Below, in pieces: positions 1 through 9,720 of a stretch of DNA of 64,000 nt. Position 1 is the stretch's first letter. Every line of letters starts with the position of its first letter. Position numbers and translations under genes: made by a program. Origin of the DNA: Gloeobacterales cyanobacterium (GTDB lineage: Bacteria > Cyanobacteriota > Cyanobacteriia > Gloeobacterales > PMM-0068); contig JBBRSB010000003.1 of the NCBI GenBank assembly GCA_038245785.1, positions 166,336 through 230,335 of the forward strand. The letters run 5' to 3'. The notes beneath the pieces were generated by a model. It did no database searches and had not been told where the DNA came from. It saw only the letters and a list, made by a program, of their open reading frames with translations.

Positions 1-404
1 TTTTCGGCATCCCAGAAGCGCGGGCTCTGGTATTTCAGTCGAGTACTGTGGCCCTCACGACCTTAGTCATGAATCTGGTCAATTTTGCTGGACTGCTGCC
101 AGTGGAAGACTGGGTGCGGATCTTGAAAGCATTGCAGGCACTGGGATTTACGCTACACGTGCCAAAATTGGGCGCATTTTCAGAAGAACCAGAGCGTCTG
201 CAGTCGGTTTTCCAAGGGCTGACTGAATTTCGAGAACATCGAGGGGGAAAGTTAGCCCTAAGGCTATTGGCCGGTATCAGCGCTGGGGTGGAAGTGCATC
301 AAATCAACCTGGCCCTGTATCAGCAGACGATTGCCTGTTTGCAAGTACTGGACCAGAGACCTCTAGAGTTTCCAGCACAGCGCAGGAGATCTCATGCGTA
401 TTAA
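1..404 (+). CDS. 5'-truncated ORF: EboE-like internal segment fused in frame to the C-terminus of an EboD-like sugar-phosphate cyclase (3-dehydroquinate synthase family); possibly a chimeric pseudogene
   Basis: Frame +3 is open from the window start. The C-terminal GLTEFREHRGGKL..GVEVH resembles the EboD C-terminus. Nt 1-83 are 68/83 identical to eboE 821-903. Overlaps the eboE start. Confidence 0.6.
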   Translation, partial: FGIPEARALVFQSSTVALTTLVMNLVNFAGLLPVEDWVRILKALQALGFTLHVPKLGAFSEEPERLQSVFQGLTEFREHRGGKLALRLLAGISAGVEVHQINLALYQQTIACLQVLDQRPLEFPAQRRRSHAY

Positions 405-1641
405 CGACCGATTTCATCTTACCTACTGCACAAACACTCATCCTGGCGAGACGTGGCAAGCGGTTTGGACCAATCTTCAGCAATATTTGCCTGGGCTGAA
501 GCAGTCGCTATCACCGGATCAACCGTTTGGTATTGGCTTGCGCTTAGCAGATCTGGCCAGTCGAGAACTTTTGGTGGGCGACCGACTGGCGAAGCTTAAA
601 GCGTGGCTGGAGACAGAGAATCTCTATGTCTTTACCCTGAATGGTTTTCCCTACGGCAGTTTCCATCACCAAGTCATAAAAGACCAGGTCTATGCTCCAG
701 ATTGGACCACGGTCGAGCGGCTAGAGTACACAAGGCGATTGGTAAAAGTTCTAGCAGAGCTGCTGCCGGAAGGGATGGAAGGCAGTATTTCCACCCTACC
801 GCTCTCCTACAAGCCTTGGTTTTTCGGTACGCCAGAAGCGCTGGATCCCGTATTTCAGTCGAGTGCCGTTGCCCTCGCGGCCTTAGTGATAGATCTGGTC
901 AATCTCCAGGCGAAAACAGGCAAACTAATTCATCTGGGCCTCGAACCGGAGCCAGATGGACTTTTGGAAAACACGCAGGAAGTGGTGACCTTTTTCGATC
1001 GCTGGCTTTTGCCCTGCGGGAGCACAGAACTTATGCAGCACTTCGGGATCTCTAACGACAAGGCTCTAGCGTGTCTGCGCAACCACCTCCGAGTCTGCTA
1101 CGACACCTGTCACTTTGCCGTGGAATATGAAGAGCCTGAAATCGCCCTACGCCAGTTGCAAGAGGAAGGAATTGGAGTCAGCAAAATTCAACTCAGTTCA
1201 GCGGTGCGCATTCCAATTCCGGCTGAGCTAGCAGAACGTCAAGCGATTTTACAGCGACTACAGCCCTTTGCCGAATCGACCTATCTGCACCAGGTGATCG
1301 CCAGACAGCCAGACGGCAGGCTGAAAACAGACGGCAGGCTGAAACGGTACCGTGATTTAGAGCAAGCGCTACCAGAATTCCTGACAACAGACGCAGCGGA
1401 GTGGCGTACCCATTTCCATGTCCCCATTTTTCTCCAAGACTATTCGCTGCTGCAATCAACGCAGGAACATCTTGTAAAAACCTTGTCTTATCTGCAGGCA
1501 TTTCCCCTCTCTAGCCATCTCGAAATCGAAACCTATACCTGGGACGTATTGCCCGCCGACATCAAGTTTAATCTCGCCCACTCGATTCAACGCGAGTATG
1601 ACTGGGTGCTGCAGCAATTGCGGATTCCAATCGTGGTTTAG
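394..1641 (+). CDS. eboE: EboE, TIM-barrel (xylose isomerase-like) metabolite traffic protein
   Basis: Motifs HLTYCTNTHPGE, TLNGFPYGSFH, LEPEPDG, CYDTCHFAVEYE, YLHQV, WRTHFHVP, EIETYTW; lies upstream of eboF. Confidence 0.9.
   Translation: MRINDRFHLTYCTNTHPGETWQAVWTNLQQYLPGLKQSLSPDQPFGIGLRLADLASRELLVGDRLAKLKAWLETENLYVFTLNGFPYGSFHHQVIKDQVYAPDWTTVERLEYTRRLVKVLAELLPEGMEGSISTLPLSYKPWFFGTPEALDPVFQSSAVALAALVIDLVNLQAKTGKLIHLGLEPEPDGLLENTQEVVTFFDRWLLPCGSTELMQHFGISNDKALACLRNHLRVCYDTCHFAVEYEEPEIALRQLQEEGIGVSKIQLSSAVRIPIPAELAERQAILQRLQPFAESTYLHQVIARQPDGRLKTDGRLKRYRDLEQALPEFLTTDAAEWRTHFHVPIFLQDYSLLQSTQEHLVKTLSYLQAFPLSSHLEIETYTWDVLPADIKFNLAHSIQREYDWVLQQLRIPIVV
1310..1344 (+). repeat. 18-nt in-frame tandem duplication inside eboE (DGRLK-TDGRLK)
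   Basis: cagacggcaggctgaaaa followed by cagacggcaggctgaaa. Confidence 0.9.
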
Positions 1642-1690
1642 TCCGTCACAGCCAATCTACACCTAACCTTTTCACCCAAGCTCCTAACCG

Positions 1691-3064
1691 ATGATGCAAA
1701 GAACCGCTGTCCTGAATGTTGTTGGACTGACTCCCGCTTGCCTCGGTGCTCATATGCCGAAGCTGACAGCTTGGGCAGTACGGGGGCAACAAGCGAACAT
1801 CACACCGATGCTGCCAGCGGTGACCTGTAGCGTTCAAGCGACCTATCTCACCGGCAAATATCCCAATGAGCACGGCATTGTCGCCAATGGTTGGTACTTT
1901 CGAGATGAGTGTGAGGTGAAATTTTGGAGACAGTCTAATGCTCTGGTACAGGCTCCAAAAATCTGGGAGATTGCCCGAGAAAGGGATCTCACCTTCACCT
2001 GCGCCAACTTGTTCTGGTGGTACAACATGTACTCCTCCGTCGACTACGCCGTCACACCACGCCCTATGTATCCAGCAGATGGGCGTAAGCTACCGGATAT
2101 CCATACCCACCCAGCCGCTATCCGTCCTAAGCTTCAAGAGGAACTTGGGCCATTTCCTTTATTCAAGTTCTGGGGGCCGGCAACGACGATTGAATCCAGT
2201 CAGTGGATTGCGAATTCAGCAAAGTGGATTGAAACAAACGCCAGTCCGACGCTCTCGCTGGTATACCTACCCCATCTGGACTATTGCACCCAGAAAGTGG
2301 GCTCTACTCCAGCGCAGGACCTCCAGGAAATCGATGCCGTAGTCGGAGATCTGATTGAGTTCTACGAGGCAAGAGGGGTACAGCCTGTCGTCCTCTCTGA
2401 ATATGGCATTACGCCCGTTTCTCAGCCAGTGCACCTGAACCGAATGCTGCGCTCAGCGGGATTCCTCCAAGTTCGGACAGAGTTGGGCTTAGAACTACTG
2501 GATGCAGGGGCTAGTCAAGCGTTTGCTGTTGCTGACCATCAGCTAGCCCATGTCTACATCAATGACCCCACCATTTTGGAGCAGGTGAAGGCACTTTTAG
2601 AGAAAACGCCAGGCGTAGCAAGGGTATTAGATGAGGCTGGCAAGCAGGAACAGTATCTAAACCACGAACGTTCAGGTGAACTAGTGGTCATCGCCGAACC
2701 GCAAGCCTGGTTCACCTACTACTACTGGCTTGACGACACCAAGGCTCCCGACTTCGCCCGAACCGTCGATATTCACCGAAAACCAGGATATGACCCTGTG
2801 GAACTGTTTTTCGATCCCCAAATTCGTTTCCCCAAGCTAAAGGTTGCGAAAACGTTGCTCAAGCGCAGATTAGGAATGCGATCGCTGATGGACCTGACTC
2901 CGCTGAATGCCGATTTGGTGCGCGGATCTCACGGCCATCTACCAGGTTCATCAAGAGACTGGCCAATGGTGATTACACAGAGGTCAGAGCTCTTACAAAG
3001 TGCCTCTATCTCTGCTGTCGATGTCTGTTCCCTGATTCTGAATCATTTGAACTTGAGCCCCTAA
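1691..3064 (+). CDS. eboF: EboF, alkaline phosphatase / nucleotide pyrophosphatase family protein
   Basis: Motifs PAVTCSVQATYLTG, HGIVANGWY, YLPHLDY, LSEYGI, VDIHRKPGYDP, GSHG. Confidence 0.9.
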   Translation: MMQRTAVLNVVGLTPACLGAHMPKLTAWAVRGQQANITPMLPAVTCSVQATYLTGKYPNEHGIVANGWYFRDECEVKFWRQSNALVQAPKIWEIARERDLTFTCANLFWWYNMYSSVDYAVTPRPMYPADGRKLPDIHTHPAAIRPKLQEELGPFPLFKFWGPATTIESSQWIANSAKWIETNASPTLSLVYLPHLDYCTQKVGSTPAQDLQEIDAVVGDLIEFYEARGVQPVVLSEYGITPVSQPVHLNRMLRSAGFLQVRTELGLELLDAGASQAFAVADHQLAHVYINDPTILEQVKALLEKTPGVARVLDEAGKQEQYLNHERSGELVVIAEPQAWFTYYYWLDDTKAPDFARTVDIHRKPGYDPVELFFDPQIRFPKLKVAKTLLKRRLGMRSLMDLTPLNADLVRGSHGHLPGSSRDWPMVITQRSELLQSASISAVDVCSLILNHLNLSP

Positions 3065-3077
3065 TCCCTCATGTGAT

Positions 3078-3200
3078 AGCTCCCTGAGCGGAGTCGTGTC
3101 TGGCACAAGGTACCTGCTGCCGTAGGCAGATTGAACAGGTAGGCGAAGCCGAGAAGGGAGCTTGTTCCGGAAACAGAAGGATTGATTGGATTTGGCTACA
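3078..3200. repeat. Nested palindromic REP/MITE-like remnant
   Basis: 8-bp inverted repeat agctccct/agggagct encloses mini-hairpins (ctgccgtaggcag, ggcgaagcc). The following cagaaggattgattggatttggctaca matches the element at about 12889-12914. Confidence 0.55.
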
Positions 3201-3206
3201 TCTTGC

Positions 3207-3241
3207 TACAGCCCAACCACAGCCCGGAATTGTTTATCCTC
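3207..3241 (-). repeat. Displaced copy of the TPR gene 3' end (matches 4377-4411)
   Basis: 33/35 nt identical; encodes EDKQFRAVVGL* versus EDKQFRALVGL*. Confidence 0.85.
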
Positions 3242-3277
3242 TGTCTCAGCTATCGCATCGCAAGCTTAGCGATCACT

Positions 3278-3523
3278 CTACACTTCACTGCGAGCCAGAT
3301 TCAACAGTTTACCCTGAACAGATTCCATTTTGGAATCTCGGATGTACGTACTGGCATTGATGCTTTCCACGCCAATTAACTCTCCGGATGCATTCAGTTC
3401 AGCAGTGATATTCGGGCTAATTTCAACACTTGCTGATTCTGGCTCTTCGGAGATGAGCAGATGAAGAATATCCTCTTCTCTGAAGTAATTCATTTGTGGC
3501 AATGTTTGCTTATTGTCAGACAT
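3278..3523 (-). CDS. DUF2283-family small protein (antitoxin-like)
   Basis: Pattern Y..EEDILHL...SVEISPNITAELN..GELIGVE. Confidence 0.7.
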   Translation of the reverse strand: MSDNKQTLPQMNYFREEDILHLLISEEPESASVEISPNITAELNASGELIGVESINASTYIRDSKMESVQGKLLNLARSEV

Positions 3524-3690
3524 TTGGGATAAACCGTCCAGTTTTTAGACGAAATCGAATTTGTTGTCGAGTTGTGGCGTGAGTTGTAATCGGTGTAATT
3601 ATATTTTTATAGAGATATTAGTCATGGATTTTTCTCTCTTTTTCTTACTTTGCCAGTAAGTAATTAGCTTCTGCATGAACCAGGATAGAA

Positions 3691-4275
3691 CTAGCTGTGC
3701 CCCATGTTTAACCAACCAAACACTTGATTGACCGTGAGGGTTAGATCTAGTTCGGGCAAGGCCGGAAGAACTTGATTCCCCTGACACAGGATGGGCTGTT
3801 GCCGAGGCAGTAAAACTAAAATACTGAGATCATCCGGGTCAACAAACCAACCCATACGGCTGCCATGCTCTAGACAATGAAGCAGATTCCCCAGCACTTT
3901 GTTTGGCCCCTGTTGGGGGGAAAGAATTTCAATCGTCCAATCTGGTGGAAGGTCAAAGTTGTCCGGAACATCACCCTCGGGGGTGAAAGGGATACGATCC
4001 CACCGAAAGATAGCCACATCGGGAACGATCGATCGCCCTGCAAAGCTACATCTCAATTCTGGGAATGCATAGGCAATCTTTGGCTCCTCAGCAACTTGAT
4101 TGATCGCTGCACAGAGCTTTGCCTGCAAACGGCTATGTCTTCCTTTTGGCATGGGCTTCTGAATCACCTGTCCGTCGATGTATTCACGCGCAGGTTTGGT
4201 TTCTGGCAGTTCCAGAAATTCCTGCAATGTCAACGGTTTGGAGCGTGCTTGTGTCATTCGGATCGCCTGCAACAC
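3691..4275 (-). CDS. Uma2 (DUF820) family endonuclease; start probably 4257
   Basis: Motifs LTLQEFL, EYIDG, PELRC, VPDVA, PDWTIEILSP. Confidence 0.9.
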   Translation of the reverse strand: MLQAIRMTQARSKPLTLQEFLELPETKPAREYIDGQVIQKPMPKGRHSRLQAKLCAAINQVAEEPKIAYAFPELRCSFAGRSIVPDVAIFRWDRIPFTPEGDVPDNFDLPPDWTIEILSPQQGPNKVLGNLLHCLEHGSRMGWFVDPDDLSILVLLPRQQPILCQGNQVLPALPELDLTLTVNQVFGWLNMGHS

Positions 4276-4375
4276 AACAAGGCTAATTCCACAATTTATT
4301 GTATGCGATTCTCACGATGCGAGGTTTGATTTAGCTGTCTGGTTCGCTTTGAGGATAAGGAAAACACCGAGCGAT

Positions 4376-5653
4376 TTACAGCCCAACCAAAGCCCGGAAC
4401 TGTTTATCCTCCCGAATGTTATCAAAGTCGGAATCTGTTTTTGCTACCTCTCGAGACTTTGCATATAAATCAATTGCCCGTCGCAAATTCTCGATCGCTG
4501 CTTTGAATTCTTTCTTTAAGCTATAGGCACAAGCTTTTTTGTAGTAAGCCTCAGCATAATCAGGCTTGAGCTTAAGGGCTTGGTTGTAGTCTACGATTGC
4601 TTGAGTATAGTTGCCCTGCGTAGAGTAAACACTCCCCCTAGTGTAATAGCCCTCAGCATGGTTCGGCTCGAGCTTAAGAGCTTGGTTGAAGTCTACAATC
4701 GCATTCTTATAATCGCTTTTGGAGTAGTAGGAGATTCCACGAAAAAAGTAAACTGCCTCCTGCCCCAGGGTTGTCACTGGCTCCTTCACCTGCTCCAGCG
4801 CAGACGTGAATCGAACAATTGCCCCTTCTCAATCCGATTTTGCATATTGCACCATTCCCAGACTGAAAAGCGTAAGGTAGCTCATCTCTTTGAAGAGCCG
4901 AGTTTGCAGGTTAAAGCTATTCAGTTCAGCAATCGCTGAAGTTTGGGCTTTTCCTTTGGCTGTTTCTTCTAGCTCAGGAAAATAATCTGGAGGTTTCATC
5001 ACCTCAAAGTGAACGCTGACTTGTACATTTATTGGAGTGACACCATAATCACCCCAAATCACGATCGATGCTTTCTGCTGATCGCCTATGGCACGGGCGC
5101 TTTGCTTTTCAGTGATGGTTTGGTTCAGCTCTTTCACCTCGACATCCGTATAGTGTTTAGTAGCTTCTTCCAGGTTTTTCCGAATGTTTTTTGCTACCCG
5201 ATACCTCTTCGGCTCAACGCCATCAAAATCAGCAACCAGAACAATAATGTCTTTGGGAGGAAGGTTCTGGACATAAAACCAGTCTGCAACACCAGAAAGA
5301 CTAAGAATTGGGATCATAATTAGTCCAGTATTGGCCAATCGACGAATCCATTTCCGATTTTGTTTTTCTTTTGCCTGGGCTTTCACTTGCGCATCTGACA
5401 GCGACAAAAATCCCGATTGCCCCTTATCCTGTTGTTCTGGCTTACATAAGCGGGCGTAGTAAAGGCAGATACTCAGTAATAGTAAAATTCCAACAGTCAG
5501 CGAAATCAGCGCAAGCAATCCAGCATCTTTATCGGCGAAAAGCTTGAAAAGTCCATAAACAACAAGAATAAACGAGATAACTGACGAGACGGGGGTACTA
5601 AGATTCTTTAGAAACGTCCCCAAGCTAGGGTTGGAGTCATTGCCACTGCCCAT
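4376..5653 (-). pseudogene. Membrane-anchored TPR protein interrupted by one in-frame TGA (4829-4831)
   Basis: ORFs 4829-5653 and 4376-4789 share a frame and read YAKSD*EGAIVRFTSALEQVKEP. N-terminal hydrophobic helices, C-terminal TPR repeats. Confidence 0.8.
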
Positions 5654-5974
5654 GTAACGGTTCTCACTTAACTATTTCGGTGGTATCGAGCAGTAACCGA
5701 GCTGAGAAAGAAGTGCACGTAGTCGGTCTTACGGGCTGCTCCACTGAGAAAGCAGCATAACATGGGTCGCGTAGGGGCAAGTCTAAAATGAAAAAATAGG
5801 GAGTACTAGCAAAGGACGAATTATCTTCGTAGTCCTCACTCGACGAGAGGGAATGATTCGGGTTGTCACAGCCAGGAATGCAACAAACGCCTGGGCGATG
5901 GGCGATCTGCTTGCAGCAGCGCTTCGCTATCGCACTAAGATAAACTAGAAGAGGCCTATTCACTCTATCTGATA

Positions 5975-6199
5975 ATGGACGTTGTAAAACTGACCACCAA
6001 AATTGATGAATATGGTTGTTTGAATCTTAGTATTCCAACGCAATTAGCGGGAGCTGAGGTAAATGTTGTTGTGGTGGTGAATCCAGTTTCATCAGTCGAG
6101 AAGCCGCAATGCAAGTATGATTTCTCTGATTTAGTAGGTCGATTAACCTGGCAGGGAGATGCCGTCGCAATGCAGAGGAATCTCCGGGATGAGTGGTGA
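5975..6199 (+). CDS. Putative antitoxin upstream of a PIN toxin
   Basis: 74 aa ending QRNLRDEW, overlapping the vapC start; typical TA layout. Confidence 0.7.
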   Translation: MDVVKLTTKIDEYGCLNLSIPTQLAGAEVNVVVVVNPVSSVEKPQCKYDFSDLVGRLTWQGDAVAMQRNLRDEW

Positions 6200-6566
6200 T
6201 CGCTAACTGCTGGATACAAATGCAATCGTAGCGCTGCTCCAGGGAAATTCTCAACTCGTTCAATTATCGAAAAATGCTGATTGGATAGGGATTTCAGTCA
6301 TTAGCCAAATTGAGTTTTTGGCGTTTTCTGGGTTAACTCAAGCCGATCGTCAACTTTTTCAAGAGTTTCTTCAACGAATAGAGGTTGTTGATTTAACGTC
6401 AACTGACGCTGAGTTGGTTGAGAAAATCATTGAAGTTCGCCAACAGTTTCGATTGAAATTACCGGACGCGATCGTGGCTGCTATGGCGATCCAAAATTCA
6501 GCAGGTGTAGTAACAGCCGATCGAGAATTTGCGAAGGTCAACGTTTTAACGGTAATTAATTGGTAG
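6189..6566 (+). pseudogene. vapC: VapC PIN toxin with a nonsense codon at position 6 (TAA 6204-6206)
   Basis: Reads MSGDR*LLDTNAIVALL ... LKLPDAIVAAMA..VVTADREF in one frame. Confidence 0.85.
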
Positions 6567-6818
6567 CGATCGTCCACAGCCCTGTTCTAACCCACTATCC
6601 GAATAGAATCGGTGCATTACGCTCCCTATGGCTGTTAACGTGCAGTGCCACGAAAAGACCGCATCCTCCTTGCGGTAGGGCAGTAGATCACCTGTGAAAT
6701 GTTTGAAAGAATTTTGGTTTTGGGGTTCACCGGGTGCATTATAGTGATGCTCCCCTGACGATCCTACCCCTCCCGTCATGAAGTGTGGTCTAGCAGGGGA
6801 CTCTCGGAGAATATAAAG

Positions 6819-7433
6819 ATGATTCAAGCCGTACCAAAACTGACCACCTTCGATGAGTTCATGGATTGGTACCCAGAGAACTCTGAATATCGCTATGAAC
6901 TGCACGATGGGGTGATTGTTCAAATGCCCAAACCGACAGGTCCACATACCAAAGTTGCTAGCTTCATCCGAAGCAAGCTAGATCGTGAGATTGAACGCCT
7001 TAATCATCCCTACTTCATCCCTAGAGAATGCATTGTGAAGCCTAACGACCAATCGGGCTATGAACCTGATGTAATTGTGTTGAATGAGGAATTGCTACAA
7101 AATGATCCGAGATGGGAGAAAGAGTCCACGATTACCAAAAGGGCATCGGCGGTTCTAATCATTGAAGTGGTTTCTACAAACTGGCGAGACGACTACTACA
7201 AAAAATTTGCAGACTATGAAGCGATGGGCATCGGCGAGTATTGGGTCGCGGATTACTTAGCCTTGGGGGGACGAAAATATATTGGTTCTCCAAAGCAACC
7301 CACTATTTCAGTTTATGAGTTGATCGAAGGGGAATACGAGCTGAAGCAGTTTAGAGGAAACGATCGCATCCTCTCACCCAATTTCCCTAAATTGGAATTG
7401 ACCGCAGAACAAGTGTTTGCAAAAGGAAGGTGA
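6819..7433 (+). CDS. Uma2 family endonuclease
   Basis: Motifs YELHDG, YEPDVIV, IEVVSTNWRDDY, GIGEYW. Confidence 0.9.
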   Translation: MIQAVPKLTTFDEFMDWYPENSEYRYELHDGVIVQMPKPTGPHTKVASFIRSKLDREIERLNHPYFIPRECIVKPNDQSGYEPDVIVLNEELLQNDPRWEKESTITKRASAVLIIEVVSTNWRDDYYKKFADYEAMGIGEYWVADYLALGGRKYIGSPKQPTISVYELIEGEYELKQFRGNDRILSPNFPKLELTAEQVFAKGR

Positions 7434-7456
7434 CCGTTATAGAACAGGGAACACTT

Positions 7457-7554
7457 CTGTAGCAGCAGATCTGCCCTGCGCGGCGTCCACTGCATCGACT
7501 GCTTCTTGACCATCCGTTTGGAAATCAACCCACCCCCTGAAAATTGGTGGCCTC
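7457..7554 (-). mobile_element. ISKra4-family transposase C-terminal remnant with a possible IS end
   Basis: LISKRMVKKQSMQWTPRRADLLLQ resembles the ISKra4 transposase tail as I recall it; only about 24 codons remain. Confidence 0.55.
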
Positions 7555-7704
7555 GCACGCACGGGGACCAGCCTGAAATGAACAAAAAAAGCCCATGCGT
7601 GCGGTTGTGGGCTTCATATCGGTTCGGAAAACGAGATTGCAGCAACGGCTAGCGGGTTTCTCTTACTGAGGATAGGATGGCCAAGTACCTGCGGAGTAAC
7701 GCTT

Positions 7705-8406
7705 ATGACTCCTGAGCAGATAGAAGAAATAGCACGATTGCGCAGCTTAAACCTTTCTTCTAAACAGATTGCTCGTCAATTGGGACTACGCCCTGCGGAG
7801 GTAAGCACCGTCATTCGAGAGCAGGCAGAAGAGGTGACCCTTGCCAGGATAGAGAGGGGTGAGTTGGCCCCCATTGAAAGCTGTCTGATCAATGAGAGTG
7901 CAGCAAAGCATCTCCTGGAATCGGCAGAAGAGAACGCTTTACGGTTGGCCTATGGGGGAGACAATGGTTTAGCCCAGATCTTTGTGACGAGGGTTGAGCG
8001 TAATCGATATCTGTTGGGCAGCTATCTGGTGGACTACTGGTGTTTGGGAGTTAAAGATACTTTTGGTCCTCGCAAGCTTGATCGGACAAAATATGAAATA
8101 ACAGTTGAAGCAGCCTATCTAGCTTTCGATGAAAACTACCGAGAAATCACCCTGAAACAAGCTCAAGCTATCATCTTTGGAGCTGTGGACTATGCTGCCA
8201 AGCTGGGTTTTAATCCTCATCCCGATTTTGAATCAGTCAAAGCTCATCTGGGTCAGCCCCTAGACGATCTACCCGCTCTTGAGTTCGGGCGAGAGGGGAA
8301 ACCGTTCTACATGAACGGTCCCTATGATCGTCCGAGTGAAATCCTTGCCACACTGCAAGAAACTGTTGGAGAGGGAAACTTTGATTATGTACTAGAGGTC
8401 GGATGA
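7705..8406 (+). CDS. Hypothetical protein with an N-terminal helix-turn-helix
   Basis: LSSKQIARQLGL HTH-like segment; motifs YLVDYWCLGVKD and FGREGKPFY.GPYD. Confidence 0.7.
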   Translation: MTPEQIEEIARLRSLNLSSKQIARQLGLRPAEVSTVIREQAEEVTLARIERGELAPIESCLINESAAKHLLESAEENALRLAYGGDNGLAQIFVTRVERNRYLLGSYLVDYWCLGVKDTFGPRKLDRTKYEITVEAAYLAFDENYREITLKQAQAIIFGAVDYAAKLGFNPHPDFESVKAHLGQPLDDLPALEFGREGKPFYMNGPYDRPSEILATLQETVGEGNFDYVLEVG

Positions 8407-8478
8407 CCTTGACCAGTGAATCAAGTGAACCACCCTAGTCACTGAAATTTATAGCGTCCGCTCATCTACACGACAAAA

Positions 8479-8763
8479 CTACTTGTGGACAACTTCGCTG
8501 AGGGACTCATGAATGACTTCATCACTCACCCCATGACGTTTCAGACTAGCAACCAACGCAGAAACAGTATCTCCATCTGGTCGCTCAAGATCCACCCGTA
8601 GCCCTTGACCGATATAAGCGCGAATTAGCGGCTGATATCCCGAAAAGCCGAGCAGTGGAGCTAGTCGTTTTAGATCCTCAATCACATCTTCAGGTATCCA
8701 AATCGTGACGGTGGTCATAAGACGGTTTTTATCCAATCGTTTTTTCAAGGCTTCAGCTTTCAT
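8479..8763 (-). CDS. BrnA/CopG-like antitoxin; upstream toxin reduced to a tail
   Basis: Motifs IPEDVIEDLKR and GYQPLIRAYI; an overlapping upstream frame ends KEREYYES* (8753-8779). Confidence 0.65.
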   Translation of the reverse strand: MKAEALKKRLDKNRLMTTVTIWIPEDVIEDLKRLAPLLGFSGYQPLIRAYIGQGLRVDLERPDGDTVSALVASLKRHGVSDEVIHESLSEVVHK

Positions 8764-8884
8764 AGTACTCACGCTCCTTATTAGGTTGCCGAACTGGAAT
8801 AGAAACTCCCCCAGGGAAGAATATAGCCATCTAGAAGCATCGTTGAGTACGATGTTTACGGAAGTCCTGCAAACAAAGAGTGTA

Positions 8885-9658
8885 ATGACCCTTCTCACCG
8901 TTCAAAAACTCACCAAAACCTTTGGTGGCCTCACTGCTGTCAAGGATATCTCTTTTGAACTGGAAAAGAATGACATTTTGAGCGTAATTGGTCCTAACGG
9001 AGCCGGGAAAACCACCCTCTTTAATATGCTGACAGGGATTTATCAGCCAACTGAAGGCCAGATTATGCTCAAGAAGAATGAGGATGACAAAGAACGGACT
9101 TTGCAAGGTTTGAAATCCCATCAAATCAATCAAGCAGGGCTTGCCCGCACCTTCCAAAATATCCGCCTGTTCAATAAGATGACCGTGCTCGAAAATGTGA
9201 TGGTAGGGCGGCATGTGCGAACCAGCAATGGCCTTTGGGCGATCCTGATTCCCAATAAAAAAGCTCGGATTGAAGAAGAAGAAACGATTGAGCAGTCCAT
9301 GGAAAAGCTGGAATTTGTCGGCTTAGGCGATAAGGCTTTCATTCAAGCGGATAGCCTGTCCTACGGAGACCAGCGCCGCCTGGAAATCGCCCGAGCTTTA
9401 GCCACCGATCCGACCATTCTACTTTTAGATGAACCAGCTGCTGGGATGAATCCTCAGGAAAAAAAGCAATTAATTGGCCTCATCCGCAGAATTCAGGAAA
9501 AAGGGGTAACCGTCATTTTGATTGAACATGATATGGGTTTGGTGATGAACATCTCAGACCATATTGTCGTCATGAACTTTGGACAGAAAATCTGTGAAGG
9601 CACCCCAGAGGTCGTTCGAGAGAACCCCGAAGTAATCAAAGCGTACTTAGGCGCATAA
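8885..9658 (+). CDS. livG: Branched-chain amino acid ABC transporter ATP-binding subunit (LivG-like)
   Basis: Motifs FGGLTAV, GPNGAGKTT, ARTFQNIRLF, LSYGDQRRLEIARAL, DEPAAG, VIKAYLG. Confidence 0.85.
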   Translation: MTLLTVQKLTKTFGGLTAVKDISFELEKNDILSVIGPNGAGKTTLFNMLTGIYQPTEGQIMLKKNEDDKERTLQGLKSHQINQAGLARTFQNIRLFNKMTVLENVMVGRHVRTSNGLWAILIPNKKARIEEEETIEQSMEKLEFVGLGDKAFIQADSLSYGDQRRLEIARALATDPTILLLDEPAAGMNPQEKKQLIGLIRRIQEKGVTVILIEHDMGLVMNISDHIVVMNFGQKICEGTPEVVRENPEVIKAYLGA

Positions 9659-9720
9659 AACTTACAGGGGAGCCTAAACTAGATAGAGTGTTTGCTAAGT
9701 ACCCCCATTCAGGGATATTC

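Noticed and set aside
8705..8898. Long antisense overlap between livG and the antitoxin gene
   Set aside because: An artefact of longest-ORF calling; the plausible starts are 8885 (+) and 8763 (-).
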